Origin: an uncultured delta proteobacterium
Lineage (GTDB): Bacteria > Desulfobacterota > WTBG01 > CAIYCZ01 > CAIRTM01
DNA: 64,000 nucleotides
Direction of reading: 5' to 3'
NCBI GenBank assembly: GCA_963804955.1
Contig: CAWDSQ010000005.1
Coordinates: 128,001-192,000, forward strand
How positions within the stretch are numbered: the stretch's first letter is position 1; every line of letters starts with the position of its first letter. The notes beneath the pieces were generated by a model. It saw nothing but the letters and a program-made list of their open reading frames with translations, was not told the DNA's origin and did no database searches. Both the position numbers and the translations under genes were made by a program. Shown here one piece after another: positions 10,967-21,220 of the stretch.

Positions 10967-11836
10967 ATGTCTCAAGAAACCAAACACATAGCGCTTCGGC
11001 TGGCTCTTACCGTGCAGCCCTGGCTGTTTGATCATCTCTTTGAAGGCACGGCCATACTTCCCGCTGTTGAAATGCTGCAGCACATGGCCCGCGCAGTGCA
11101 GTCGTATCTTCCCTCTGACGGTGCAACCTCCATGCACCAGGCATCCTTTGATCGTTTCCTTCGCATAGAACCCGCATGCACTGTCATTGATGCCTGCTGC
11201 AACCTGGTCATGAAAGAAAACGGCAGTATCCGTGTAACGCTGACAACCGCTTCAAAAGCCGGCAGCGCCGCGGTTTTGAGAATTAAAGAGCATGCAACCG
11301 TCTGTTTTTCCGCAACTGCTGTGCCCGTCACCCAGCCTTCGGCCGGAGCGCTTGCCGCATATCATATCCCCGGTTTTGAAATTCCGGTACGCCGGCTCTA
11401 CGGCGAACTTGTTCCCTTCGGCCCGGCATTTCAGTCTGTGCAGGACAGGGTGACGCTTACAGAAAGCGCGGCTGTTGCCCGCGTCTACGCTCTGGATCAT
11501 CCCGGCGCATTCGGCCCTTTGGGCTCTCCATTTCCGCTTGATGGCAGCCTGCATGCGGCCTGCGCCTGGGCGCAGCGCTACTGCGGTATTGTCGCCTTTC
11601 CGGTGGGGTTTGCTGAACGGGTGATTGTCCAGCCGATTGCGCCCGGTGAAACAGCCCTTTGCACGGTCATACCGGTATGCGTGCATGAAGGGGCTGTCCG
11701 GTTTGATATCTGGCTGCATGATCAGGACGGCAGACTTCGGGAAATGGTCAGAGGGGTAGCAATGAAGGATGTTTCCGGCGGCCGCATGATGCCTCCGGCA
11801 TGGGTGCGCAGCGAATTGCCAGTGCGGCTGGCGTGA
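10967..11836 (+). CDS. stand-alone polyketide synthase dehydratase-domain (double hotdog) protein
   Basis: DHLFEGTAILP (HxxxGxxxxP), FGPAFQ, LDGSLH. Confidence 0.75.
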   Translation: MSQETKHIALRLALTVQPWLFDHLFEGTAILPAVEMLQHMARAVQSYLPSDGATSMHQASFDRFLRIEPACTVIDACCNLVMKENGSIRVTLTTASKAGSAAVLRIKEHATVCFSATAVPVTQPSAGALAAYHIPGFEIPVRRLYGELVPFGPAFQSVQDRVTLTESAAVARVYALDHPGAFGPLGSPFPLDGSLHAACAWAQRYCGIVAFPVGFAERVIVQPIAPGETALCTVIPVCVHEGAVRFDIWLHDQDGRLREMVRGVAMKDVSGGRMMPPAWVRSELPVRLA

Positions 11837-11911
11837 TAGAGCCCTAAGGGCTGGCCCCTCGCGGGTTGATACCCTTCCAGCCAGGGAATGAATCTGAACC
11901 CGGCAAAAAAT

Positions 11912-12984
11912 CTATACCTTGAAACGGATGTTCAGGATATCGCCCTCTTCGACTATATAGTCCTTGCCCTTGAGGTAAAGCTTGCCCGCGGCCTTGAGGC
12001 CAGCCTCGTTTTTGTGTGCCATGAGCTCGTCCGTATTTGAATACCTCTGCGCGGATGAAGCCCCGCTGCAGGTCTGAGTGAATCGCCCCTGCCGCCTCGG
12101 GCGCTGTTGCGTTTCTGCGGATGAGCCACTGCCGAACCTCGTCTTCGCCGACGGTGAAAAACGACATGAGCCCCAGGGCCTTCAGGCACAGACGCGTGAG
12201 CTGCCCCAGGGCCGGCTCTTCGATGCCGAGGTCTTTTAAGAACTCCCTGCGCTCGGCCTCGGATTCAAGGGCGGCGATTTCGGCCTCCATTTTGGCCGAC
12301 ACCTGCATGACCTCCATTTTTTCAGCATCGCAGCAGGCGCGCAGCCTTTCGATAATGGCCATGTCAGCCAAGCGCATCATCTGCGACATTGAGCACGATG
12401 ATCATCTGCTTGAGCGTGATGAAGGGATAGCTGCGGATCAGCATGTCCTCGTCGTGGCTGAGCGCAAGCAGCCGCAGGGGCTGCTCTTTTTCCAAATGCT
12501 CCCGGAAGCGCACGAGCATAGCATGCTCTTTCTGCTGCTTTTCGTCCTTCTGCTTTTTCATCTGCGCTTCGAGCCGTTCAAGCCGCTTTTCAATGAACAA
12601 AAGATCATGCAGGATAAGCTCGCTCCCGACCATAGCAATGTCGCGCACGGGGTCGATGGAGCCGTCCACATGGTAGATGGCCTCATCCTCAAAAGCGCGC
12701 ACCACATGGCAGACGGCATCGACATCGGCAATATCCTTGAAGATATCGCCCCGGGCGATGGACTCTTTTTCAAGTTTGGGCAGCAGCTCTATGTCTATCT
12801 TGGCGCGCATCTGCTTTTTTGGTTTATACATCTGCACAAGCTTTTCAAAACGCTGATCGATAATATCAGCAACTCCCATGGCGGGCTTTTTCTGATCGCT
12901 GTGCTCGGTGAACACATGACCCGTAAGAATTTGAAACAATGTTTTTTTGCCGGTCTGGGGCAGGCCGATAATGCCGATTTTCAT
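11912..12984 (-). CDS. ychF: ribosome-binding ATPase YchF (two apparent frameshifts, near 12365 and 12030)
   Basis: MKIGIIGLPQTGK P-loop; HVVRAFED; SFFTVGEDEVRQW...AGAIHSDLQRGFIRAEV; C-terminus GKDYIVEEGDILNIRFKV* read in a third frame. Confidence 0.88.
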
Positions 12985-13115
12985 GAAAAAATCCTCGAAA
13001 TATTTAAAAAAGTTTTTAAGGCAGACACGCAGGTCTGCCCCTGCAGAATTTTTATTAATGTTGAATTTTGAATCCGGAATCTTGAATCTCTTTACTCCGG
13101 CATCATGACTCCGAA

Positions 13116-15233
13116 CTACTTAACCTGCGCCGCAAGCGGCAGATAATCAACCAGCACATGGGCCGCCTCGGTCAGCACCGGGTCTTTGTCGATGCCGGGC
13201 TCGGCAGTCTGATTATCGGTTGCGGTGGCATTGTCCATGTCGGTAGCATTGTCCGGCAGCTTATCAAGCAGCGGCAGCTTTTTTGCCGCCCGGCGCTTGT
13301 TTTCATGATCAAGGCGCCACTGTTTTTCCTGCGCATCCTCCTTGCGGCGGACTTCTTCGGAAAGAGAGGCCACCGTCTTGTCGCTGACCGCCCGGATATG
13401 GTCGGCCAGTTCCTTCAGATAAATATAGTCGGGATTTTGCGCGGCCCGCAGCTCATGGCTCTGGTTGAGCTTCACAATCGCCTTGCCTGGATCCGGCCAG
13501 GCCTTGTAGCCTGCCGCCTGGATTTTATCCCAGACAAGCGCGTCGGGAAGGGCGCTTTCTCCAATTTTGTTCTTGTCATAGATGCTCGGGCAGGTGATGT
13601 CGGGCGATACGCCCTTGTGCTGCGTGCTGTCACCTGTTATGCGGTAAAATTTGGCCTGCGTCACCTTCAGCTGCCCTTTGTTCAGCGGCAGCAGGGCCTG
13701 CACCGTGCCCTTGCCGAAGGTCTGGTCGCCCATGATGATAGCGCGGTGGTAATCCTGCATGGCGCCCACAAGGATTTCAGAGGCGGAGGCGCTTGTGCGG
13801 CCCACCAGCACCACCAGCGGCCCGGCATAGGCAAGGCCCTGTTCAGGGTCGGTCAGGACGGAAACTTTGTCGCGGGAGTCTTTTACCTGCACGATGGGGC
13901 CTTTGTCGATGAACAGCCCCGACACGGCAATGGCCTCATTGAGCGCCCCGCCGCCATTGTCCCGCAGGTCAAGCACAATGCCGCTGACTTTTTCCTGCAC
14001 AAGCTCGTTTAAAAGCCGGCGCACGTCGGCGGCCGTGCTGCGCAAAGCGCCCGTGCGTGCCTGATCGCCCTTGAAGTCATGATAAAAGGTGGGAACGTCG
14101 ATCACCCCGACTTTGCAGGTCTTGTCGCCTCTTTCGATGGGGATGATTTTTTTCTTGGCAGCCTGCTCTTCGAGCTTGACCGTATCGCGAACGATGCTGA
14201 TGATTTTGCTCTGATGCTCATCGGCGGCATGCGCCGGAACGACCTCAAGCCGCACCACGGTTTGCTTGGTCCCGCGAATGAGCTGCACGACATCGTCGAT
14301 GCGCCACCCGACAACATTGACGATTTCGCCGTCGGCGCCCTGTCCCACGCCGATGATGCGATCGGCCGGCTTGAGCTGCCCGGCCTTGTCTGCGGGCCCG
14401 CCCTTCACAAGGCTCACGACCTTGGTGTACTCGTTTTCATTCTGCAGGACGGCCCCTATTCCTTCAAGAGACAGGCTCATGGAAATATTGAAATTATCCG
14501 ACACGCGGGGCGGCAGATATTCCGTATGCGGATCATAGCAGCGGGCATAGGAGTTCATGAAAATCTGCACGACATCTTCGGGCTTTATCTGCTTTATCTG
14601 GTTGAGCTGATTGCGGTACCGCTTGAGCAGAACGTCGCGCGCCTGATCGGTCGTTTTGCCTGCAAGCTTGAGATTCAAAAGAGACGCCTTGACGCGCCGG
14701 CGCCACAGGTCCGTCAGCTCGGCGGCATCTGCAGGCCAGGGGGCATTTTTGCGTTCGGTCTCAATCTTTTCATCAATGTCGAAATTGAGGGACTGGATCT
14801 TGTTCTCGAGCAGGTCGATGCAGTAGAGGAGCTGCTCGGTAAAGCGCTCCTGATAGCGGTTATAGATTATAAATGCCGGCTTGAGGTCGCCCGAGCCGAG
14901 TGCTTCGTCAAGCGCGGAGCGGTAGCGCTCAAAATCCTGTATATCCTGTGCAATAAATGAGCTGCGCGTCGGGTCGACATCGGCCAGATACCGGTCGAAT
15001 ACGGCGCTGGAAAAACGGTCATCCAGCTCATGGCGGACATAGTGCGTCTGGCCGACCTCCTTAACAACCTCCAGGGCTGTCAGCGACAGCTCTTTTGTGG
15101 GCTCAAGAGACCCGGAATAATCTGTTGCCCGTACTGCGCCCTGCTGCGTGCAGCCCAGAAACAGCCCGTTGACAATGATGCTCCACAGGAAAACGGAGTG
15201 TGCGAATTGTTTCTTAATCACTGCATGATTCAT
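13116..15233 (-). CDS. prc: carboxy-terminal processing (tail-specific) protease, S41A
   Basis: YDPHTEY, LEGIGAVL (PDZ), LDLRDNGGG, SASASEI, TFGKGTVQ. Confidence 0.93.
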   Translation of the reverse strand: MNHAVIKKQFAHSVFLWSIIVNGLFLGCTQQGAVRATDYSGSLEPTKELSLTALEVVKEVGQTHYVRHELDDRFSSAVFDRYLADVDPTRSSFIAQDIQDFERYRSALDEALGSGDLKPAFIIYNRYQERFTEQLLYCIDLLENKIQSLNFDIDEKIETERKNAPWPADAAELTDLWRRRVKASLLNLKLAGKTTDQARDVLLKRYRNQLNQIKQIKPEDVVQIFMNSYARCYDPHTEYLPPRVSDNFNISMSLSLEGIGAVLQNENEYTKVVSLVKGGPADKAGQLKPADRIIGVGQGADGEIVNVVGWRIDDVVQLIRGTKQTVVRLEVVPAHAADEHQSKIISIVRDTVKLEEQAAKKKIIPIERGDKTCKVGVIDVPTFYHDFKGDQARTGALRSTAADVRRLLNELVQEKVSGIVLDLRDNGGGALNEAIAVSGLFIDKGPIVQVKDSRDKVSVLTDPEQGLAYAGPLVVLVGRTSASASEILVGAMQDYHRAIIMGDQTFGKGTVQALLPLNKGQLKVTQAKFYRITGDSTQHKGVSPDITCPSIYDKNKIGESALPDALVWDKIQAAGYKAWPDPGKAIVKLNQSHELRAAQNPDYIYLKELADHIRAVSDKTVASLSEEVRRKEDAQEKQWRLDHENKRRAAKKLPLLDKLPDNATDMDNATATDNQTAEPGIDKDPVLTEAAHVLVDYLPLAAQVK

Positions 15234-15629
15234 ATAAATTCCCTATAAACCAAATATTTTTTTGCAGGTATATCATATTGCCGCCTGAAGATAAATTAAT
15301 ATTAAACCGGAGGGGATATCCAGTATGGCGAAGACGCCAAAACATACCTGTTCAAGCTGATTGAATTTTTATTGTAGTTGATAAAACAGGATCCGGGGTT
15401 TCAGGAGCATTGAAGACTGGTAATAAAAATGCCAATTTTGACCTCGGGCACGGTGACCTGCGGTTTAAAGAGCGCTGGCAATAGTGGGGGATAAGCCGCC
15501 GATTATATTGTTTAAACCTATAGATTAACCGGCAGCCGGGGCAATGCTACTGATTCGAATGGCTGATGTACTTATTTATCAGGACTGTTCTCCGTGTGCG
15601 GGGCCGCAGGGGCGGCCCCGGTGAAAAAA

Positions 15630-16068
15630 TCACTGGCCGAGGATAGAGCCATACACCTGCTGCAGCACTTCGCGGCAGCTCCGGAGCTTTCCGGGTCAAT
15701 ATCCTGCAGCACCTGCTGCTGGGTTGCAAGGGCTACTGGCTTTAAAGCCGCCAGCAAAGCCGTGCCCTGCGCCGTGATGGCCAGCAGCTTTTGCCGCCGG
15801 TCGTCGCTGGCTGACTCACGGCTGATAAGGCCTTTTTTTCAAGGCCCGCTGCAAGCCGGGCTATGGTGGTTTTGTCCAGATAGGCCAGTTCGGCAAGCTG
15901 CTGCTGCGACTGGCCGCCGGCATTGCGGATATTTATGAGCAGGGTCCACTGCTCGACGGTAATCTCGCAGCCTGCCTGCCGGAATTTTTTCTGCAGCATA
16001 TTGAGCATGGCACGGGACGTGCGCCCGAGCATATGCCCGAAACTGCCGTCGTGTTCAAAAATATGCAT
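15630..16068 (-). CDS. MarR family regulator (frameshifts near 15835 and 15690)
   Basis: ITVEQW, SQQQLAELAYLDKTTIARL, DDRRQKLLAITAQG, ending ...EVLQQVYGSILGQ* across shifted frames. Confidence 0.8.
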
Positions 16069-16102
16069 TAACGAAACGCCCATAAAAGCGTCTGCATAAT
16101 TG

Positions 16103-16116
16103 GTTGTATATGCAAC
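16103..16116. promoter_or_regulatory. candidate MarR autoregulatory operator
   Basis: Near-palindrome GTTGTATATGCAAC about 35 bp upstream of the marR start. Confidence 0.45.
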
Positions 16117-16185
16117 GTTATTAACGGAAAAACAGTTCTCTGTCAAGACAGTGATGAATTTTTTATTCACGCTCTATTGCATGAT

Positions 16186-16371
16186 TAGAGCATTTTTCAA
16201 AATAGTATAGCCCCTTTGCGCACAGGTGAGCTTTTGGTGAAGGCAGACCGTGCGGTTCGAGCGATAGCTTTTCCATTAGTGCCTGTTGCTTTTGCGAGAA
16301 TAGAGCACGGGCAAACGAATCAAAAGCTCATCGGCTGTGCGCATGATTACAACAAAAAGAAAAATGCTCTA
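16186..16371. mobile_element. MITE, copy 1
   Basis: Perfect terminal inverted repeats TAGAGCATTTTTC / GAAAAATGCTCTA with nested internal inverted repeats; second copy at 29377-29561. Confidence 0.85.
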
Positions 16372-16372
16372 G

Positions 16373-16442
16373 CCCGTTCGTGGTGAGCTTGTCGAACCAG
16401 GAAAGGGCTAAAATGCCCTTCGACAGGCTAAGGGCGAACGGA
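16373..16442. repeat. REP-like inverted doublet
   Basis: CCGTTCGTGGTGAGCTTGTCGAA ... TTCGACAGGCTAAGGGCGAACGG. Confidence 0.6.
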
Positions 16443-16480
16443 GATAGCGTTTTCGTTTTCGGAAGCTGGTTTTTTATGAA

Positions 16481-16507
16481 GGCTACAGTATTTAGAAAAA
16501 TGCTCTA
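16481..16507 (-). repeat. isolated inverted MITE end
   Basis: Reverse complement TAGAGCATTTTTCTAAATACTGTAGCC matches the left end of the 16186 MITE. Confidence 0.6.
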
Positions 16508-16514
16508 TCCTTTG

Positions 16515-17789
16515 TTAAGGGCACTGAATTATGCGCTGAGCCCACAGGCAGCCGCCGCAGGAGGGGAAGGTGTTGCCGAAGCAGTCTTCTTTGTTGTCTT
16601 TGGAGAGATTGCACCCGCCACAGAAAACGCAGGGTGAAAAATCAAAGGCCTGGAGCTTTTCCCGCAGCCGCACATAATCCTGAGACCGCCAGATATCCTT
16701 TAGAGGCTGATTGGCCAGGCAGCCCATCACACAGCGCTGCATGAACCGCTCGCGGTCATTGAGAAAGCTCACATGGCTGTGCATGAGGGGGATGCAGGGG
16801 CAGACGCTTCCGTCCCAGGCAAGGGCGCAGGATCCCCGTTCGATAAACGGGCAGGCCCGCAGCTGCGTAGCTCCGCCGCCGGGGTTCTGCGCATTCAGCG
16901 TGCGCATGACCTGCCGCAAAACGCCGCCGGTGGCATCATTGATATCCATAGCGGGAACATACAGATGCGGCGACAGCGGAGACGGGTCGGCACTGTCGGC
17001 GGCAAGCGCATCGGCATACAGCAGTTCGTCGCGCATCTCGGGGGCATAGGGCATAATATTGGTGATCATGAACCGGTCCGCCCCCAAACGCCTGCCGATA
17101 CGGAGCACCTCGGGCAGTTCGGCGATATTACGCCGCATGGCGACAAAAACAATGCCGATATGGGGACTCGGGCCCGGGCGCAGATCACGGAAGCGGGAAA
17201 CATTTTCCAGGACGCTCGGAAGCGCCGCGCCCAGGCGCACATCGGCATAGCTTTCAGGATGGGCGCCGTCAATGGACACCCACAGCACCTCAAGCCCGGC
17301 TTCGATGAGTCCAGCCGCAATAGCCTGATTCAGGAGCATGCCGTTGGTGATCAGCTCAACGTGCGGGCTCACCGAGCAAGCCTGACTGACCATGCCGAGA
17401 ATGTCGGGATGCGCCAGCGGTTCCCCGAGCCCGCCAAAGAATACCGATGCCCCGCTCCCCATATCCCGCAGCCCCTGCAGGGCAGCCGAAAATATTTCCC
17501 CGGTCATCTGCCCGAGCGTTTCATCCCAGGTGTTGCGGATGCAGGTGCGGCAGGAGAGATTGCACCGGTTGGTGGGCTCGATATAGAGCCGTGCAAGCCG
17601 GGCTGCCGGGCGGCCCAGGAGCAGGCCGTCGCGAAATTCGGTAGCAGGCACGCTGCTGCCCGGAGCAAGCCCGAAATGATCAGCAAGCTCTCTGGGAATA
17701 ATGAGCCTGCCCTGATCATCGACTAGAATGTCGTTGCAGCGTCTGGGTTTCATGTGTCTCACAAGCTGAAGGGTTGTTGTACTGCTCAC
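16515..17789 (-). CDS. radical SAM/SPASM protein with N-terminal AbrB-like domain; tungsten-cofactor oxidoreductase maturase-like
   Basis: CNLSCRTC (CxxxCxxC); SPASM cysteines; C-terminus CVFCGGC...DCFGNTFPSCGGCLWAQRIIQCP; divergent from aor. Confidence 0.8.
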   Translation of the reverse strand: MSSTTTLQLVRHMKPRRCNDILVDDQGRLIIPRELADHFGLAPGSSVPATEFRDGLLLGRPAARLARLYIEPTNRCNLSCRTCIRNTWDETLGQMTGEIFSAALQGLRDMGSGASVFFGGLGEPLAHPDILGMVSQACSVSPHVELITNGMLLNQAIAAGLIEAGLEVLWVSIDGAHPESYADVRLGAALPSVLENVSRFRDLRPGPSPHIGIVFVAMRRNIAELPEVLRIGRRLGADRFMITNIMPYAPEMRDELLYADALAADSADPSPLSPHLYVPAMDINDATGGVLRQVMRTLNAQNPGGGATQLRACPFIERGSCALAWDGSVCPCIPLMHSHVSFLNDRERFMQRCVMGCLANQPLKDIWRSQDYVRLREKLQAFDFSPCVFCGGCNLSKDNKEDCFGNTFPSCGGCLWAQRIIQCP

Positions 17790-18523
17790 CCCCGGCGGCG
17801 TGATTGCAGCTTAGAGCTTAGAAATACCACAAAAAGCCAGTCAAGTTGAGTAGAATATTTCCGGTTTTCCGGCAAAGTTCAAAAGATGGCGGCTGAAACG
17901 ACAGCCGCTGCGGCACCGCTCCGGGAACCCTTTAGCAAAGCTGCAACAACAAAATACGACTGGCAAACTGGAGCGATTCGGTTTACTGCGCTATCAAAAC
18001 GCGGTGCATCGACTATGTCTAAGGCAGGGCTTCTTTCGGACATAGCCTTTCGGCTGTCTCGCACCGACTTGACATTTCAGGCGCTTGCAGCTCGGCGTAT
18101 TGATTAGGAAGCAGTTGAATATGCTGATTAATAATAAAGTCAACGGAAAAGATACTAAGCTGCTTTGAGTTTATACGCTATGAAAAAAAATTCGGTTTTC
18201 TTTTCAAAATGTGTATGCGAAAAAGTTGACTTTTAAAAAATTTCATATTAATAAGAAGACGTTTTTTTACTGCATACATTCAATACAAAAGATTTTTACC
18301 AGTTCCCCATTCCGGGTGAGCCGAGAAAGCCGGATCAGGTATCTGGACCGCGATGTTTGCGACGGAAGTATGAAGGGAGAGAGTTGCGGCTCTTCAGGCT
18401 TTTTTTATTCAAAAAACACTCAGCTGTCAAAAGTTGCCTCCAGACTGAAGCGGAATTTATAAAAAAAAGGAATTAAAAAACTTTCGTTGCGCCTGCTCAT
18501 AGTTGAAGCAACAACATTATTAA

Positions 18524-20362
18524 ATGGAGGCCCTTAATATGGAAGCATGGAGCGGTAAAATTTTACGGGTGGATTTAACTGCGCGGGAATTTGCGTTTGA
18601 AGATATCGACCCGGAAATAGAAAAAGACTATATCGGCGGCAGAGGCGTTGGAACAAAAATCTACTGCGACGAGGTTGATGCCGACATTGATCCCCTGAGC
18701 CCTGAAAACAAGCTGATCTTCATGACCGGCCCCCTGACCGGCACAGGCGCACCATGCAGCGCCCGCTACATGGTCATTACCAAGTCGCCCCTCACCGGCG
18801 CCATTGCCTGCTCGAATTCCGGCGGGTACTTTCCCGCCGAGCTGCGGTTTGCCGGCATCGACGGCATCATTTTCGAGGGCAGGGCAGACGAGCCCGTGTA
18901 TCTCTGGATCAATGACGACGAGATCGAAATCCGCACGGCAGATCATCTGTGGGGCAAGACCACGCATGAAACCGAAGATCTGATACGGGCGGAGATTTCA
19001 GACCCCTGGCTTGCAAAGGAAATTCATATTGCCTCCATCGGCCCGGCGGGCGAAAATCTCGGCAAACTCGCCTGCATTATGAATGACAAGCACCGCGCAG
19101 CAGGCCGCTCGGGCGTGGGCGCTGTCATGGGCTCAAAGAACCTGAAGGCGGTTGTGGTTAAAGGATCAAAGGGCATTGGAAAAATAAACCGCGACGCTTT
19201 CAAGAAATCCGTGCGCACTGCCATGGATAAGCTGAAGGCCGGACCGGTTACCTCCCAGGGCCTTCCCAAATACGGCACGGCGATTCTTGTGAACATTATC
19301 AATGAGTGCGGCATCCTGCCCACCAACAATTTCCAGACAGGCACATTTGCCACAGCGGGCAAAATCAGCGGCGAAACCATTGCCGAGACAACCCTTACCC
19401 GCAACAAAGGCTGCTTTGCCTGCACCATCGGCTGCGGCAGAGCCACCAAAATTGATGACCCGAAATATCAGGGCCACGGCGAAGGCCCTGAGTATGAAAC
19501 CGTTGAGCTCATGGGCGCAGACTGCGGCATTGATAATCTCGCGGCCATCACCAAGGCAAACTATATCTGCAATGAGCTCGGCATGGACACGATATCGGCG
19601 GCCTGCACGGTTGCCACTGCCATGGAGCTCTATGAAAAGGGCTATATGCCGAAAGAGGATGCGGGCATGGATTTAAGCTTCGGCAATGCCGATGCCCTGG
19701 TTAAGCTCATTGAGCAGATGGGCCGCAGAGAAGGCCTGGGCGCAGTAGCGGCAGACGGCGGCTATGTGCTGGCGGAAAAATACGGCCACACCGAGCTGTT
19801 CATGGGCGTTAAAAAACAGGAAATACCGGCCTATGATCCGCGCGGGGTGCAGGGCATGGGCCTTACCTATGCAACGTCTAACCGCGGGGCCTGCCATGTG
19901 CGCGGCTACCTGATTGCCAATGAAGTGCTCGGCGTGCATGCGAAAATGGATCCACACACAACCAAGGACAAGCCCGCGACAGTGAAATTTTTTCAGGAGC
20001 TTACCGCGGTTGTCGATTCAGCGGGCCTGTGCCTTTTTGTAACTCTGACCCCGAACATGGGCTATGAGGACATGCGCGACATGCTCAATGCCGTGACCGG
20101 TTTTAATTACACCACGGAAGAGGTCATACGGGCCGGCGAGCGCATCTGGAACCTTGAGCGGCAGTTCAACCTCAGGGCGGGCTTTACAAAAGCCGATGAC
20201 ACGCTGCCCGAGCGCCTTCTGAAAGAACCGTTGCTGGAAGGCGGGGCCAAGGGCCTTGTGTGCGAGCTTGATGTCATGCTGCCCGAGTATTACCAGCTGC
20301 GCGGGTGGGATGAAAACGGCATTCCCACAAGCGAAAAGATTGCCGAACTCGGCCTTGCATAA
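18524..20362 (+). CDS. aor: tungsten aldehyde:ferredoxin oxidoreductase
   Basis: GKILRVDLT, YIGGRG, AAGRSGVGAVMGSKNLKA, CFACTIGC, EGPEYET, ELGMDTIS, NRGACH. Confidence 0.95.
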   Translation: MEALNMEAWSGKILRVDLTAREFAFEDIDPEIEKDYIGGRGVGTKIYCDEVDADIDPLSPENKLIFMTGPLTGTGAPCSARYMVITKSPLTGAIACSNSGGYFPAELRFAGIDGIIFEGRADEPVYLWINDDEIEIRTADHLWGKTTHETEDLIRAEISDPWLAKEIHIASIGPAGENLGKLACIMNDKHRAAGRSGVGAVMGSKNLKAVVVKGSKGIGKINRDAFKKSVRTAMDKLKAGPVTSQGLPKYGTAILVNIINECGILPTNNFQTGTFATAGKISGETIAETTLTRNKGCFACTIGCGRATKIDDPKYQGHGEGPEYETVELMGADCGIDNLAAITKANYICNELGMDTISAACTVATAMELYEKGYMPKEDAGMDLSFGNADALVKLIEQMGRREGLGAVAADGGYVLAEKYGHTELFMGVKKQEIPAYDPRGVQGMGLTYATSNRGACHVRGYLIANEVLGVHAKMDPHTTKDKPATVKFFQELTAVVDSAGLCLFVTLTPNMGYEDMRDMLNAVTGFNYTTEEVIRAGERIWNLERQFNLRAGFTKADDTLPERLLKEPLLEGGAKGLVCELDVMLPEYYQLRGWDENGIPTSEKIAELGLA

Positions 20363-20397
20363 TGCTCGGGCAAACTTTTCCGGAAAAGCGCTGAGCC

Positions 20398-20652
20398 ATG
20401 AACATAGAAGTTCGGACATTTATAAACTTTAAGAGCTATATGCCGCCGGATGCAAAAGACGGCAAGGCAGTTCTTGCCATACAAGACGGGGCAACATTTT
20501 CTGATTTACTGAAAGTTCTGGGCATACCAATGGAAGAGCCCAGGATTGTGGTGCTCAACGGCGTTTCCCAGGGTACAACTCCCGAGGTCAATACGCGCGT
20601 TTTACAGGAAGGCGATATTGTTGCCATTTTCCCCCCTATCGGGGGGGGGTGA
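20398..20652 (+). CDS. MoaD/ThiS sulfur-carrier protein
   Basis: Ubiquitin-like size; C-terminus GDIVAIFPPIGGG. Confidence 0.9.
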   Translation: MNIEVRTFINFKSYMPPDAKDGKAVLAIQDGATFSDLLKVLGIPMEEPRIVVLNGVSQGTTPEVNTRVLQEGDIVAIFPPIGGG

Positions 20653-20709
20653 GATTTAGTATATTTGGTGTTATAATAAAACAACTTAAGGGCATCAACG
20701 GGGTATACT

Positions 20710-21090
20710 ATGAAAAAAATCAAGATCGACCAGCAGAAATGCACCGGCTGCCGGAACTGCGAGACCGCCTGCTCCCTGAATCATAACGAGGATACGGTCA
20801 ATCCGCAGAAGTCAAGAATCAGGGTATACATGGAAGAGGAAAAGGACATCTACTATCCTCTCATCGCAGGCCCTTTCACTGAAGCCGAGTGCACGTCAAA
20901 GCTCATTGTCAACATCGACGGCAAGGACCATGACGAATGCACCCTGTGCAGGGCTTCATGCCCGGGCAGGCCATGGTTCAAGGAGCCCGACACGCAGGTC
21001 GCCCTGAAATGCGATTTCTGCGGTGATCCGCCCGATCCGCAGTGCGTGCTGGCATGCACCAGCGGCGCTTTGACCCTTATTGAAGTGTGA
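20710..21090 (+). CDS. 4Fe-4S protein, BamC-like small subunit
   Basis: CTGCRNCETAC, AECTSK...IDGKDHDECTLCRASCPGR.WFKEPD...LKCDFC, a pattern recalled from class II benzoyl-CoA reductase BamC. Confidence 0.8.
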   Translation: MKKIKIDQQKCTGCRNCETACSLNHNEDTVNPQKSRIRVYMEEEKDIYYPLIAGPFTEAECTSKLIVNIDGKDHDECTLCRASCPGRPWFKEPDTQVALKCDFCGDPPDPQCVLACTSGALTLIEV

Positions 21091-21220
21091 TTGCATTGTT
21101 GCTCTTTTCTTGTGCTGCAGCTGCAAGACCACGGGCAAGCTCACGCAGGGAAAATACTTTAATCTTTAGACCGGGAAACGGCAAAAGTTTTTTGCCGGTG
21201 CTTCTGGAGGTTTAATCACG

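Noticed and set aside
17960..18030. c-di-GMP-I riboswitch (GGCAAAC...GNRA, GTCTAAGG)
   Set aside because: It lacks the GACGCAAA junction and the correct P3 arrangement; kept only as an unclassified structured element.
18524..20362. W-enzyme as BamB (benzoyl-CoA reductase)
   Set aside because: It has canonical AOR motifs (EGPEYET, YDPRG, NRGACH) and lacks the BamB-like sequence I recall.
20650..21090. Terminal TGA codons of the moaD-like and ferredoxin genes as Sec
   Set aside because: Both proteins end at family-typical C-termini (GG; GALT..) with no conserved continuation.
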